DNA of 57,336 nucleotides from a virus (lineage: Duplodnaviria > Caudoviricetes), in the IMG/VR virus record IMGVR_UViG_3300030331_003845, positions 1-57,336 of that record. One strand, 5' to 3'. The position numbers and the translations under genes were made by a program. Below the pieces are notes generated by a model. The model was not told the origin of the DNA, searched no databases, and worked only from the letters and a program-made list of their open reading frames with translations. Below, in pieces: positions 6,177 to 14,981 of this stretch (positions are counted from its first letter, which is position 1; the number at the start of each line of letters is the position of its first letter).

Positions 6177-6419
6177 TACATTTTTAACTAAGGACAACCC
6201 TCGAGTCTTTGCGATTCGTTTTCGTCCTATTCTCCAGTTATTTTCTATTTTATCAATTAAGGATAAATTAGCACTCCCCAAACCAAAATCATTTCCACAA
6301 TATAATTGGAACATAACAGAGGTAATTTCATCGTACGTACGCTTATTAGGGCATAACATTACAAGTTTATCGAGTACATTATCGATCTTACCAGTAGTAG
6401 GTAATTTTTTCTCTGCCAA
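6174..6419 (-). CDS. Conserved hypothetical protein
   Basis: 81 aa, AGGAG SD plus TTG start. Confidence 0.75.
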   Translation of the reverse strand: MAEKKLPTTGKIDNVLDKLVMLCPNKRTYDEITSVMFQLYCGNDFGLGSANLSLIDKIENNWRIGRKRIAKTRGLSLVKNV

Positions 6420-6511
6420 AACAATCTCCTATTAGTTAATAAAAAATTGTGTCCGTTATTCTGTGATAATAAGAAGATTTGAAACCCCTTCTTTTCATTA
6501 GGTTGAGGAAT

Positions 6512-6549
6512 ACCCTATAAGCAATATAGACTTATAGGGTTGAGTGCAA
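6512..6549 (-). promoter_or_regulatory. Promoter with overlapping 10-bp inverted repeat (operator-like)
   Basis: ACCCTATAAG-N9-CTTATAGGGT (6512-6540) overlapping TTGCAC...TATATT. Confidence 0.55.
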
Positions 6550-6552
6550 GTA

Positions 6553-6771
6553 TTATTTTTTAGCTTTTGTTAATGTCTTTCCTTCGGCTAATAATTTAGC
6601 TCTAAATGCGTCAGGGCTTACCCCTTGCTTCTTGGCTACTTTCTTAAGCTCGGAATCAACTAATTTGGCTATCATAGCACCTGGGCCTCTAAATCCGTGT
6701 TTACCCAAGGCTTTAACAATTGTAAATGTTTCAATATCAACTGCTACTGATTTCCATTTTGTGATATCCAT
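6553..6771 (-). CDS. Ribbon-helix-helix-like DNA-binding protein
   Basis: MDITKWKSVAVDIETFTIVKALG...PGAMIAKLVD: beta strand then two helices. GAAGGAG SD. Confidence 0.6.
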   Translation of the reverse strand: MDITKWKSVAVDIETFTIVKALGKHGFRGPGAMIAKLVDSELKKVAKKQGVSPDAFRAKLLAEGKTLTKAKK

Positions 6772-6917
6772 TTTTTATACTCCTTCTTATTTTTACAGGT
6801 TGTCTTATATAGACGGTCCATTTCACAAATGTAACCCTCTGTTGCTGCTCGTTTGTTGCCGCTTTTCATAATCTTACGATTAATAGCAGCGATTCTTTTG
6901 TCGACCCAAGAGGCCAT
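6744..6917 (-). CDS. 57-aa basic hypothetical protein (not in ORF track)
   Basis: MASWVDKRIAAINRKI...; TAATG-coupled. Confidence 0.6.
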   Translation of the reverse strand: MASWVDKRIAAINRKIMKSGNKRAATEGYICEMDRLYKTTCKNKKEYKKWISQNGNQ

Positions 6918-7021
6918 TAGAAAAAGATTGAATATGCTAATAAACCAAATACGATTAATAAAATCTTAGGGTTTAACAACATAATCAAAGAAAATAATGT
7001 CCATTGTATTAGTGGTCCCAT
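6917..7021 (-). CDS. 34-aa membrane micropeptide (not in ORF track)
   Basis: MGPLIQWTLFSLIMLLNPKILLIVFGLLAYSIFF; TAATG-coupled at both ends. Confidence 0.65.
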   Translation of the reverse strand: MGPLIQWTLFSLIMLLNPKILLIVFGLLAYSIFF

Positions 7022-7293
7022 TATGCATTCTCCATAAATTCAAGGTTTCTACGTTCTATCTCAATTTTTATAAGTTCTTTTGCCACTAACTCATTGATTG
7101 GATAGGTTGGCGATCCAAATATATCTAACTCACAAGCAGTAATTTTTTTTACAGCATCTTTAAACATCTCACTACTTTCTTCAACTGGGTTGCCCCCAGC
7201 ATCAATAGTAATCATGTCCTGTAAAATATTATCTACTTTAGATGCAAACTCTCGCCATTCTGTACAGTTTGATTTAAGTATTGTGTTTTTCAT
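7021..7293 (-). CDS. Hypothetical protein
   Basis: 90 aa, coupled within the operon. Confidence 0.75.
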   Translation of the reverse strand: MKNTILKSNCTEWREFASKVDNILQDMITIDAGGNPVEESSEMFKDAVKKITACELDIFGSPTYPINELVAKELIKIEIERRNLEFMENA

Positions 7294-7565
7294 TGTTTCG
7301 GCCTTCCATCTATCCCTACAAACATTGTTGCTTGCGCTTTGTCCAATGTTGATTGAATAAATTCCATAATTTTATGGAAGTCAATACCTGCTTTATACTT
7401 TGGGTTATACGCATGTCCATCAACTCTTTCACCGTCGATGTAAAAATGTATCTCCCCGTCATGTTTTAGTTCAACTAGAATAGCTTTAGTATCTTTATCT
7501 ATCTCGTGAACAAGGTCATTTGGTCCTCCCTTTGACCATGTGGGTTTTAGTATGTTTATTGTCAT
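7290..7565 (-). CDS. Hypothetical protein
   Basis: 91 aa, TAAGGAG SD. Confidence 0.75.
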   Translation of the reverse strand: MTINILKPTWSKGGPNDLVHEIDKDTKAILVELKHDGEIHFYIDGERVDGHAYNPKYKAGIDFHKIMEFIQSTLDKAQATMFVGIDGRPKQ

Positions 7566-7636
7566 GTTATACTCTCCTTATGTAATAATTTACATACCAT
7601 TTCTGATATTAAAAGCAAGGATAAAATGGGAGAAGT

Positions 7637-7849
7637 ATGAAGTTTTTTATGACAATAGCAGTGTGTTCTTTTCTCGATGGTACTTGTACTCCTCATGTTA
7701 ATTATCCTATTGAATTTAATTCTTGGAGCGCATGTATGTATGAGGCTTTAAAAGAATCTGAAATTGTAATGTCCCAGTTAGATCAAGATCTAGTAGATAG
7801 ACATAGGTTGGCTACTCAGTTTATGTGCAAAGAAAGCAACGTTTACTAG
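7637..7849 (+). CDS. Small Cys-containing secreted-type protein
   Basis: Hydrophobic N-terminus, CS..DGTC, FNSWSAC, FMCKE. Confidence 0.7.
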   Translation: MKFFMTIAVCSFLDGTCTPHVNYPIEFNSWSACMYEALKESEIVMSQLDQDLVDRHRLATQFMCKESNVY

Positions 7850-7852
7850 GGG

Positions 7853-7882
7853 TTGTCAAGACTACCATATATGGTATATAAT
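7853..7882 (+). promoter_or_regulatory. Promoter for a near-leaderless mRNA, with palindromic spacer
   Basis: TTGTCA...TACCATATATGGTA...TATAAT, ending 5 nt before ATG 7888. Confidence 0.6.
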
Positions 7883-7887
7883 CTCTT

Positions 7888-8118
7888 ATGAAGCACTATT
7901 TTGTTCAGATACGATACAAAGGCAAGTATTTTAGTGGGACAGTCAGTGCTGAAACCGACGGCGAAGCTTTAAGTCAGGCGGAGAAAAAAATGAAAGCCGG
8001 GGAGCTTCAATGTCAAGATGAAGACTTCTACAATAAATCTAGAACCTTCATCACATATGAGGAGATAAAAAATGGCACTAGCAGAGATGGTATCAAAGAA
8101 GCTAGAACTGGAGTCTAA
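7888..8118 (+). CDS. Hypothetical protein
   Basis: 76-aa ORF directly after the promoter. Confidence 0.7.
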   Translation: MKHYFVQIRYKGKYFSGTVSAETDGEALSQAEKKMKAGELQCQDEDFYNKSRTFITYEEIKNGTSRDGIKEARTGV

Positions 8119-8257
8119 GTGGGCAACTCAAGCGCTCAAACAAGGTAAAGTTACACCAGACATGAAGTGGATTGATATCGCAATAAAAAACCTTAAAGCA
8201 AAAATTAATAAAGATGCTGTTGAGGAAGTAAAAAAAGAGTTTGATATAGCAAGCTAA
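8072..8257 (+). CDS. Hypothetical protein
   Basis: 61 aa, GAGGAG SD; LESKWA...GKVTPDMKWIDI. Confidence 0.7.
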   Translation: MALAEMVSKKLELESKWATQALKQGKVTPDMKWIDIAIKNLKAKINKDAVEEVKKEFDIAS

Positions 8258-8279
8258 ATCGCTATAGTACATTACAGTT

Positions 8280-8492
8280 ATGTCACTAAAGCACGCACTC
8301 CTTGACGCTCTTGAAAAAAAATACGATGCTGAAATAGCAGCGGCTGATGCTACGATAAAAATATACCTTACTAAATCAGTAGGAATTGGTGAACACCCAC
8401 AACATTTAGATGAAATAGATAAACAACTTGGTATCATTACACATGCAAGTGAAAAGAAAGAAGAGTTAAAAAATTTTGCTGACGATTCCTGA
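8280..8492 (+). CDS. Conserved marine phage hypothetical protein (GIGEHP motif)
   Basis: YLTKSVGIGEHPQHLDEIDK. Confidence 0.8.
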   Translation: MSLKHALLDALEKKYDAEIAAADATIKIYLTKSVGIGEHPQHLDEIDKQLGIITHASEKKEELKNFADDS

Positions 8493-8634
8493 TGCCATCA
8501 CAAAGTTAAAAAACTTTCTAGTAAGACAACTAGATAAATACTACGCAATCATTGAGCATTGGTCATCGAAACTTAATTCCTGGTCTTGGAGAAAACGTTG
8601 GAGAAATAGAAAAGACGGAACCGGTTATCGTTAA
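8476..8634 (+). CDS. 52-aa Trp/Arg-rich hypothetical protein (not in ORF track)
   Basis: TTG start; ...SSKLNSWSWRKRWRNRKDGTGYR. Confidence 0.5.
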   Translation: MLTIPDAITKLKNFLVRQLDKYYAIIEHWSSKLNSWSWRKRWRNRKDGTGYR

Positions 8635-8822
8635 TATTTTTTAAATATGATTCGCCATATCCAAGATCGTGTAATACTTACACCTGTAAATATCAATGCA
8701 ATACCAATGCTATCTAAAATGCTTGGATACAAACCAAACAGAGGAAATATATAAAGCTGTATTAGAATAGCTAAAATAAATCCTGAACCTACATCGATTA
8801 TACTTTCGACTAGACTCCGCAC
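8631..8822 (-). CDS. Small two-TM membrane protein
   Basis: SLVESIIDVGSGFILA...IFTGVSITRSWIWRIIF. Confidence 0.75.
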   Translation of the reverse strand: MRSLVESIIDVGSGFILAILIQLYIFPLFGLYPSILDSIGIALIFTGVSITRSWIWRIIFKKY

Positions 8823-9610
8823 ATACCCTCACACTCTTGGTTAAAGAGATCTATTTGGTCTTCACCTTTAAACTTCACTTGATCTAAGGGCACACAAGAT
8901 CTATGCACAAAATTCTTTACCTTTGGATTATGTGCTCTCATCTCTTTATCAAAGTCGACAGCGTTTTGAAACTCACTTGGTCTATTAGCTTTCATATCTA
9001 TCCAAAATCTATCATCATGAAATGGACAACCTATACAAGCAGACTTTACTGGTTTCTTGTAACCTTTACCCTCATACCAGTCTAAGCAATCTTGCCTTGA
9101 TATTCTTTTCTCAATTAGCGGAAATCTATTTTTTTGCCACCAAAATCTAGATGGCTTCATACGCATTATTTCATCAGTAGAAATACCTACCCACACCTCT
9201 ATGTGTTCTGTTTTTGGAAACTTTTGTCTTGGTTTCAAACCACAAAGCTCTCGTATTTTTTTTGCTATTGGAGTAATTTTATATTCTCTAGTGCATTGTC
9301 TACGGCCCATACCTTTTTTACCTTGTTCATTTAATGTGTAGAAAGGTGCAGATGCAAATTGATTCCCGCCTGGTGCTAAAGCTGCAAGTATATCTGATCG
9401 TATGTTACTCTTTTGAACAATATGTACAGGATAACTTAGAATCGTTCTAAGGTATTCAAGATGTTTGATTACTGGTTCAGGCTCCCAACCCGTGTCTGCA
9501 AATATGGCTGCATCAGGTTTTACACCAAAGTCACCTTTGTCTGCCATCAAAGCCATTGTAGAGCTTTGCACCCCTGCGCCTAATGAAAGTATACGTAGTT
9601 TAGGTTCCAC
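8810..9610 (-). CDS. PAPS reductase-like / PP-loop ATPase family protein
   Basis: LSLGAGVQS PP-loop, FADTGWEP, RQCTREYKI, KSACIGCPFH, C-terminal ECEGMCGV. Confidence 0.85.
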   Translation of the reverse strand: MEPKLRILSLGAGVQSSTMALMADKGDFGVKPDAAIFADTGWEPEPVIKHLEYLRTILSYPVHIVQKSNIRSDILAALAPGGNQFASAPFYTLNEQGKKGMGRRQCTREYKITPIAKKIRELCGLKPRQKFPKTEHIEVWVGISTDEIMRMKPSRFWWQKNRFPLIEKRISRQDCLDWYEGKGYKKPVKSACIGCPFHDDRFWIDMKANRPSEFQNAVDFDKEMRAHNPKVKNFVHRSCVPLDQVKFKGEDQIDLFNQECEGMCGV

Positions 9611-9611
9611 A

Positions 9612-9788
9612 CTAAATTAAACCTTGTTGTCTTAATTCTTCCGGTGGCCGTTGTGGACTGCACATTGGGCAATCAACTCGAATCATGTTGCCTTCAGACG
9701 TGTCCTTATAAACCCAAATCTCTCTCTGATCTTTACATCTCATGCATGATGTTTTCTTCTCGTCATGCGGTACGTATCTATTAGTCAT
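9612..9788 (-). CDS. 58-aa zinc-ribbon protein (not in ORF track)
   Basis: CMRC...CPMC. Confidence 0.6.
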   Translation of the reverse strand: MTNRYVPHDEKKTSCMRCKDQREIWVYKDTSEGNMIRVDCPMCSPQRPPEELRQQGLI

Positions 9789-11649
9789 GTGTCTCTCCCC
9801 AGTTTAATCCTAATTCAATATCTACTTTAAACGGTACACGTAAATTTTCAATAGCATTTTCCATACAATCTTTAATATTTTTCATATCTTTTTCATCGTA
9901 TACACTAAAGCATAGCTCATCGTGTATCTGTAATAAAGGTGTATACCCCATCTTGAAACACTCAATCATTGCTTGTTTAGCTTGGTCAGCAGCAGATCCT
10001 TGTATTAATCTATTCAAAGCTTTGTAAGTAAAAGCTCGTCTTATGTTATTACCATAATTAGCTTTGGCCTCATTGTAATTCATTGCCTGGTTCATACCAA
10101 ACGTTGCAGGTTCCCATTTATCAAATCTACACTTTCTACCTTTTATAGTTCTTATAAAACCAAACTTACTTGCTGATTGTGTTACAGCTTCTGCTAATTT
10201 TTTTACAAAGGGCACTCTTGAGTTATATTTATTTAATAATATTTCTGCTTTATCTTTAGATATTCCTAATTCTTTAGATAATTTATTTTTACCCATACCA
10301 TAAAATAATCCTAGATTTATTGTTTTTGCTTGTGTACGTGAGATCTCTGCCATATCAGCTACAATCTGATGAAAGTCTGCAGACTCATCTTGGTATGCTT
10401 TTATAAACTCTTCTGAACCATCTAAATTTTGTCCGATGGCCGATGAGTAATGTGCTACTAATCTTGGTTCTTGTTGTGAATAATCAAATGAACCCCATTG
10501 CTTTCCCTCTTCAGGCAAGAACAACGATCTAATTTTATTTCCAAATTCTTTGTTACGTGCAGGAATCTGTTGTAGGTTTGGATTAGCATAAGACAATCTT
10601 CCCGACACTGTACCACCTTGATCAGATCTTAGTTGGTTAATCTCAGCATGTATCCTACCTTTATGTACAAATCTTTGTATCGAATCAATAAATGTAGAAT
10701 GAAATTTATTTACTTCTCTAGCCTCACGAATTAATTGTGCTATAGGATGCTCACAGTTCGCCAACCAGTTAGCTGTGAATGATGGCTCTCCTGACTTTTG
10801 TGTAAGCGGATAATCTATACCTACCCTGTCAAATACTTGTGCCACGCTTCTCGCAGCCCAAATATCTACACCGAGTGTAGTTTCATCTTTAATTTTTTTA
10901 AGAAGTTTGTTTTCTTTTTGTATAAATTCTTTTTTTAATAGTTGTGCTTTCTCTTCATTGACACGTATACCTTTTGATCTCATCTCAATAAGTATTGGTA
11001 GTAGAGCCATCTCCATTTCCCAAACATCATTAAGTGATTGTTGTTGTATTTCAGCTTTAAATCTTTGCCATAACCTCAATGTAAGACCTGCATCTTGTTC
11101 AGCATAAAAACCAACATAACCTGCAGGCATTCTCCATAAGTCTTGTTTTGGATCTATACCCCATTCTTTTGCTTTTTCATTCAAAAATGTTTCGTTTTTA
11201 ATCTCACCAAGATAATCTTTTGCACAGGCATTCAGAGAGAAGCTCCACCTATTCTCATCAATAAGAGCTGCAGCTATCATAGTATCTACAATCTTACCAT
11301 TGATTACAAAGTTGTTTGCTTTCAACCAACCCAAATCATATGCAGCGTTATGAAAAATTTTAGTAGCTGGGCTTTTTAATAAGTCCTCCATCCACGCTAC
11401 GGTAATAGATAGATCCATGTTGCCCCCTGCGTCGTGTGCTATTGGGAAATAGTATTGTTTACCTAACGCAGCTACAGCAAAACCAACAATGTGGCCTTTA
11501 CCATATGCCCAACCTGCGCCATATTTTTTTAGTTCAGGGTCCTTAGTTTCTAAGTCTATTGCTATCTCATCCGCTGCACGTAGATCAGGATACTCTGAGG
11601 GACAAACCCAGTCAGAATCAGAGTAAATAAAATTAAGTTGATGACTCAT
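9781..11649 (-). CDS. polA: DNA polymerase family A with 3'-5' exonuclease domain (Leu762 type)
   Basis: DLET and FHNAAYD exonuclease motifs; GRLSYANPNLQQIP; DYSQQEPRL; KTINLGLFYGMG; LLQIHDEL. Confidence 0.97.
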   Translation of the reverse strand: MSHQLNFIYSDSDWVCPSEYPDLRAADEIAIDLETKDPELKKYGAGWAYGKGHIVGFAVAALGKQYYFPIAHDAGGNMDLSITVAWMEDLLKSPATKIFHNAAYDLGWLKANNFVINGKIVDTMIAAALIDENRWSFSLNACAKDYLGEIKNETFLNEKAKEWGIDPKQDLWRMPAGYVGFYAEQDAGLTLRLWQRFKAEIQQQSLNDVWEMEMALLPILIEMRSKGIRVNEEKAQLLKKEFIQKENKLLKKIKDETTLGVDIWAARSVAQVFDRVGIDYPLTQKSGEPSFTANWLANCEHPIAQLIREAREVNKFHSTFIDSIQRFVHKGRIHAEINQLRSDQGGTVSGRLSYANPNLQQIPARNKEFGNKIRSLFLPEEGKQWGSFDYSQQEPRLVAHYSSAIGQNLDGSEEFIKAYQDESADFHQIVADMAEISRTQAKTINLGLFYGMGKNKLSKELGISKDKAEILLNKYNSRVPFVKKLAEAVTQSASKFGFIRTIKGRKCRFDKWEPATFGMNQAMNYNEAKANYGNNIRRAFTYKALNRLIQGSAADQAKQAMIECFKMGYTPLLQIHDELCFSVYDEKDMKNIKDCMENAIENLRVPFKVDIELGLNWGETHD

Positions 11650-11848
11650 AATCTCTTTCAATAATCATATCAATACAATGTTTAGCCTTTAATAAATCTT
11701 TTTTACCACCCTTAAGTTTGTGGCGTGTAATATATTTTATAGCCTCCCCTTCGGGCCAAGGCAGATCATTTTTAATTGAGTATTGTGCTGGCTGAATCTT
11801 AAACTTTTGATAATGTGAGCCGCCTTCTTGTTTTTTAAATACTGACAT
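11633..11848 (-). CDS. DUF3310 protein (T7 gp1.7-like nucleotide kinase family)
   Basis: GGSHY...GEAIKYITR...KGG..DLLKAKH. Confidence 0.85.
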   Translation of the reverse strand: MSVFKKQEGGSHYQKFKIQPAQYSIKNDLPWPEGEAIKYITRHKLKGGKKDLLKAKHCIDMIIERDYESST

Positions 11849-13451
11849 AATTACTTTTATACAATTTATAATATTTACTCAATGGAAAGTTATACTTATG
11901 AAACGTTCCTAATAGGTGTAGTGTGTTAATGGTTCTTGTTACTCCTGTATACCAAACACGAAGTTCTTGTATCTTATCTATTAATGACTTTCTATCAAAA
12001 TGTGAAGGGAAATTACATTTAGACGATAGCACTACATTATCTGCTTCACCACCTTTGACCTGGTGTATTGTATCAATAAGTATAGGTGCTCGGTCATCTA
12101 AGTTTGCTCCCGAATCAATAAGTTTAACAAAGTATTTTTTATCACCATCTTTAAATTTTCTTTTGAAAGCTGTTTGCCAATCTGTTTTATCTTCCACCAT
12201 TCCACCCTGTAAATGTAATTGATCAAAATCAAATACTTGGTTTGGGTGAGCGAAGCTCCACTTCTTGCTGTCCGCTGACCGGTAGCCGTGATCTATATTA
12301 AGAAGATAGTTGTACATATTACAAGCGTCCTCTCTTGTAATCGCACCACCATCACAAATTTTACCCCAATCTTGTATGGCCTTCCATTGATTCATATCAA
12401 AAGATTTGTTGCCTTTCATATCTTGGAAATACAAACCCATATTTTTAGCTTCACCTTGCAATTCTTTTTTTACATCATTGATTCTTGCAAGCACCATCCA
12501 ATTGCCTGTCATATCAAAAGGGACTTTACGCAAAGAACTCCAACGAAAGATCTCACCCTCTTTATCATTAGATTCAAAATTTTTTATCACTCTATGTCCC
12601 TCCATACCATTCAATAAACACTTTGCTAAAAAATGCACACGTTTGTTGAGTCTTCTAGATTTATCTAATATTTTAGAACGACCAGGAAATGTTTGGAAAT
12701 AATACACGTTCGCACCATTCCATTCATAGATTGCTTGATCATCATCTCCTGCTAGATAAACTTTGTCTGCATGCATAGCTAATTTTACAACCATGTCCCA
12801 CTGCAGAGGGGTAAGATCTTGAGCTTCATCCACCATTAAAACTTTAAAATTTATTGCCAATCCTGATTTGATATATTTTTCAACCATATCAGTAAAATCT
12901 AATCTATCATTTTTAAACTTACCTGGTTCTATTTCATAGGTCTTATATTTTTCATAGTTATGTATGATTGATTTGAATTGTTGAAGTCTAACTCTTTTAC
13001 GTGGTTCTTTTTTGTAAAGCTCTACGGGATCGACTTTCATGTTCCTTGCTTTATCATAAATTTGTAAAGACCAATTATTATATACATTTTGATCATCCCA
13101 ATTAGGTTTGTAATTTAATTTGACTGTGCCATACTCCGTATGAAATTGCAGCATATCTACACGTGGATCTAACACAGGTATCTCTGCAAACTGTTGTCTT
13201 GCCAAACTATGTAATGTTCTAAAATATTTAAAATCATCTTCATCGTAGCCTTTGAATTCTTTTCTAACTCTGTCCAAGCATTCTTGCACAGCTTTATTCG
13301 TAAACGATATGTAACAAATCTCGTCGGGTGATATTCCTCTTCTTAAAAATCTTTTAGCACGTTGCAGCAACCGGTGTGTTTTTCCGGTGCCCGGTGGACC
13401 AAAAAATTTAATTGTTTTCCCATGGAGCTTTTGCTTTATTAAATTTGACAT
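11835..13451 (-). CDS. UvrD/Rep-like SF1 helicase (start MSNLI)
   Basis: GPPGTGKT, VDEAQD, GDDDQAIYEW, TIHQVKGGEAD, YTGVTR. Confidence 0.93.
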   Translation of the reverse strand: MSNLIKQKLHGKTIKFFGPPGTGKTHRLLQRAKRFLRRGISPDEICYISFTNKAVQECLDRVRKEFKGYDEDDFKYFRTLHSLARQQFAEIPVLDPRVDMLQFHTEYGTVKLNYKPNWDDQNVYNNWSLQIYDKARNMKVDPVELYKKEPRKRVRLQQFKSIIHNYEKYKTYEIEPGKFKNDRLDFTDMVEKYIKSGLAINFKVLMVDEAQDLTPLQWDMVVKLAMHADKVYLAGDDDQAIYEWNGANVYYFQTFPGRSKILDKSRRLNKRVHFLAKCLLNGMEGHRVIKNFESNDKEGEIFRWSSLRKVPFDMTGNWMVLARINDVKKELQGEAKNMGLYFQDMKGNKSFDMNQWKAIQDWGKICDGGAITREDACNMYNYLLNIDHGYRSADSKKWSFAHPNQVFDFDQLHLQGGMVEDKTDWQTAFKRKFKDGDKKYFVKLIDSGANLDDRAPILIDTIHQVKGGEADNVVLSSKCNFPSHFDRKSLIDKIQELRVWYTGVTRTINTLHLLGTFHKYNFPLSKYYKLYKSNYVSI

Positions 13452-14979
13452 TTTTATTTTTATGCTCTGTTTGTTTTGGCAACTCGGAGAACCAATGTCT
13501 CGTGTTATTGCCTTGGAATTTTTTGCTTTGGCCACAACCGTTTTCCTTTAGATACATAGTACATTCTTTTTCAGACCAATTATACCCCTGTTTTTTCATA
13601 AATAATCTAAATGTATCTAGCTTAAACCTTACCTCTTCTTTGTCCTGCCAAATATTATCATGGTCAATTTGATCAAATTCATCAACAACATTGGTATCTT
13701 CAATAAATTTTACCATTCTAGTATTAAATATTTCTTTTCTCTCGTCTTCACGATTTACATCTTCCATATCTTTTTTATTAGTAATCAACTCTTCTAACCA
13801 ATCTCTATAAGGATCTGGGTCACGTTTACTTGGTTTTAATGGCCGCCATACAATATCGTGTGCTAATAGTTTCTCTCCCAATAATTGTTGTTGGTATAAT
13901 TGTTTTGTTTCTAGTCGAACCACCTTACCTTGTATAGGCAGTAACCAGTATGGATCAGGATAAGTATTTACTTTTGTTAGTTTACCCACTTCAGGTAAAG
14001 CTTCGTTAAGACCGATGCCATATTTTCTTTTGGCACATTGTCTAGATCCATTACAAAAAGAACGTGCTATTGAAGTCCCACATTTAAAGCTATATTCATT
14101 TTTACCAACTTGTTCTATTACTTTATTAATCTCTTTGGGATTGAGTGGTGGCACGCAAATCTTTTTATTCATATCTCGCATCATTTCAGAATAATAATCA
14201 ACATCCGAATTAATTTTTTTTGCTAATATTCCTACATTAAACATAGCATCGTTTCTACCTTCACCTTCTTTGACTTGGTTTCTTAAAAATTTATTTACAC
14301 AGTTAGGCCATTCCTTATTCTCTGATTCGCCTTGTGGTCTGATGTCGTAAAAATGTTCTTTGGTAATTACAAACTGTTTTACAAACTCAAGGTAGTCTTC
14401 AAACTTTAACGAATTACCTTCGTTATCCATTGCACATCGTGTAGAAAATTTTGCATTTTGATATGGTAAATTAACAAATTGTCCCTTTTGTTTGTCATCC
14501 CATTTTTCAGGACTTAAATCTACGGTGTCTTGTGCTGGAAAAATATCAGTGGTTGTATCATTCACACCTAAATCAGAAGCGATCATAATTAATTTTTTAC
14601 GCATGTCTTCTGCAGGTACTTTATGTTTTAAATGTATTATTAAATGCAATCCATTTGATTTAGATCTATACGGAACTAATGGATATTTTCTTTCCCTAAT
14701 TAATTTTATAAATTTTTTGTGATCTATATTATATCGATCCACATCGATAACACCCCATGAGCAAGTAGAGTCATCTCTTATTGGTATAGAGCCATGATAA
14801 GCTTTGCCTTCTAAATGCTCAAGCCAGTGTTTATCCTCCATTGGAAACTGATTCATCCAATGTGAATATTCTTCTTTACCCTTAGCATTCTTTGTGCCCA
14901 AAGGTTTTGAAGAACCATAATAAGTATGGGATCCTTGGAACAGTGTTTTAAACTGCTCCAAGGTTTGACTAAAATCCAT
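13408..14979 (-). CDS. AEP-type primase with PriCT domain
   Basis: IDVD, RSKSNGLH, IFPAQ...GQFVNLPY, EGEGRNDAMF...PPL. Confidence 0.85.
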   Translation of the reverse strand: MDFSQTLEQFKTLFQGSHTYYGSSKPLGTKNAKGKEEYSHWMNQFPMEDKHWLEHLEGKAYHGSIPIRDDSTCSWGVIDVDRYNIDHKKFIKLIRERKYPLVPYRSKSNGLHLIIHLKHKVPAEDMRKKLIMIASDLGVNDTTTDIFPAQDTVDLSPEKWDDKQKGQFVNLPYQNAKFSTRCAMDNEGNSLKFEDYLEFVKQFVITKEHFYDIRPQGESENKEWPNCVNKFLRNQVKEGEGRNDAMFNVGILAKKINSDVDYYSEMMRDMNKKICVPPLNPKEINKVIEQVGKNEYSFKCGTSIARSFCNGSRQCAKRKYGIGLNEALPEVGKLTKVNTYPDPYWLLPIQGKVVRLETKQLYQQQLLGEKLLAHDIVWRPLKPSKRDPDPYRDWLEELITNKKDMEDVNREDERKEIFNTRMVKFIEDTNVVDEFDQIDHDNIWQDKEEVRFKLDTFRLFMKKQGYNWSEKECTMYLKENGCGQSKKFQGNNTRHWFSELPKQTEHKNKNVKFNKAKAPWENN

Positions 14980-14981
14980 AA

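Noticed and set aside
6144-6435. + strand ORF 6154-6435 with AAGGA SD, or CsrA-type GGA sites in the loop
   Set aside because: The ORF is antisense to the well-formed 6174-6419 gene, and the stem's G-U pairs form only on the minus strand. The SD-ATG look is better explained as the mirror image of an antisense loop.
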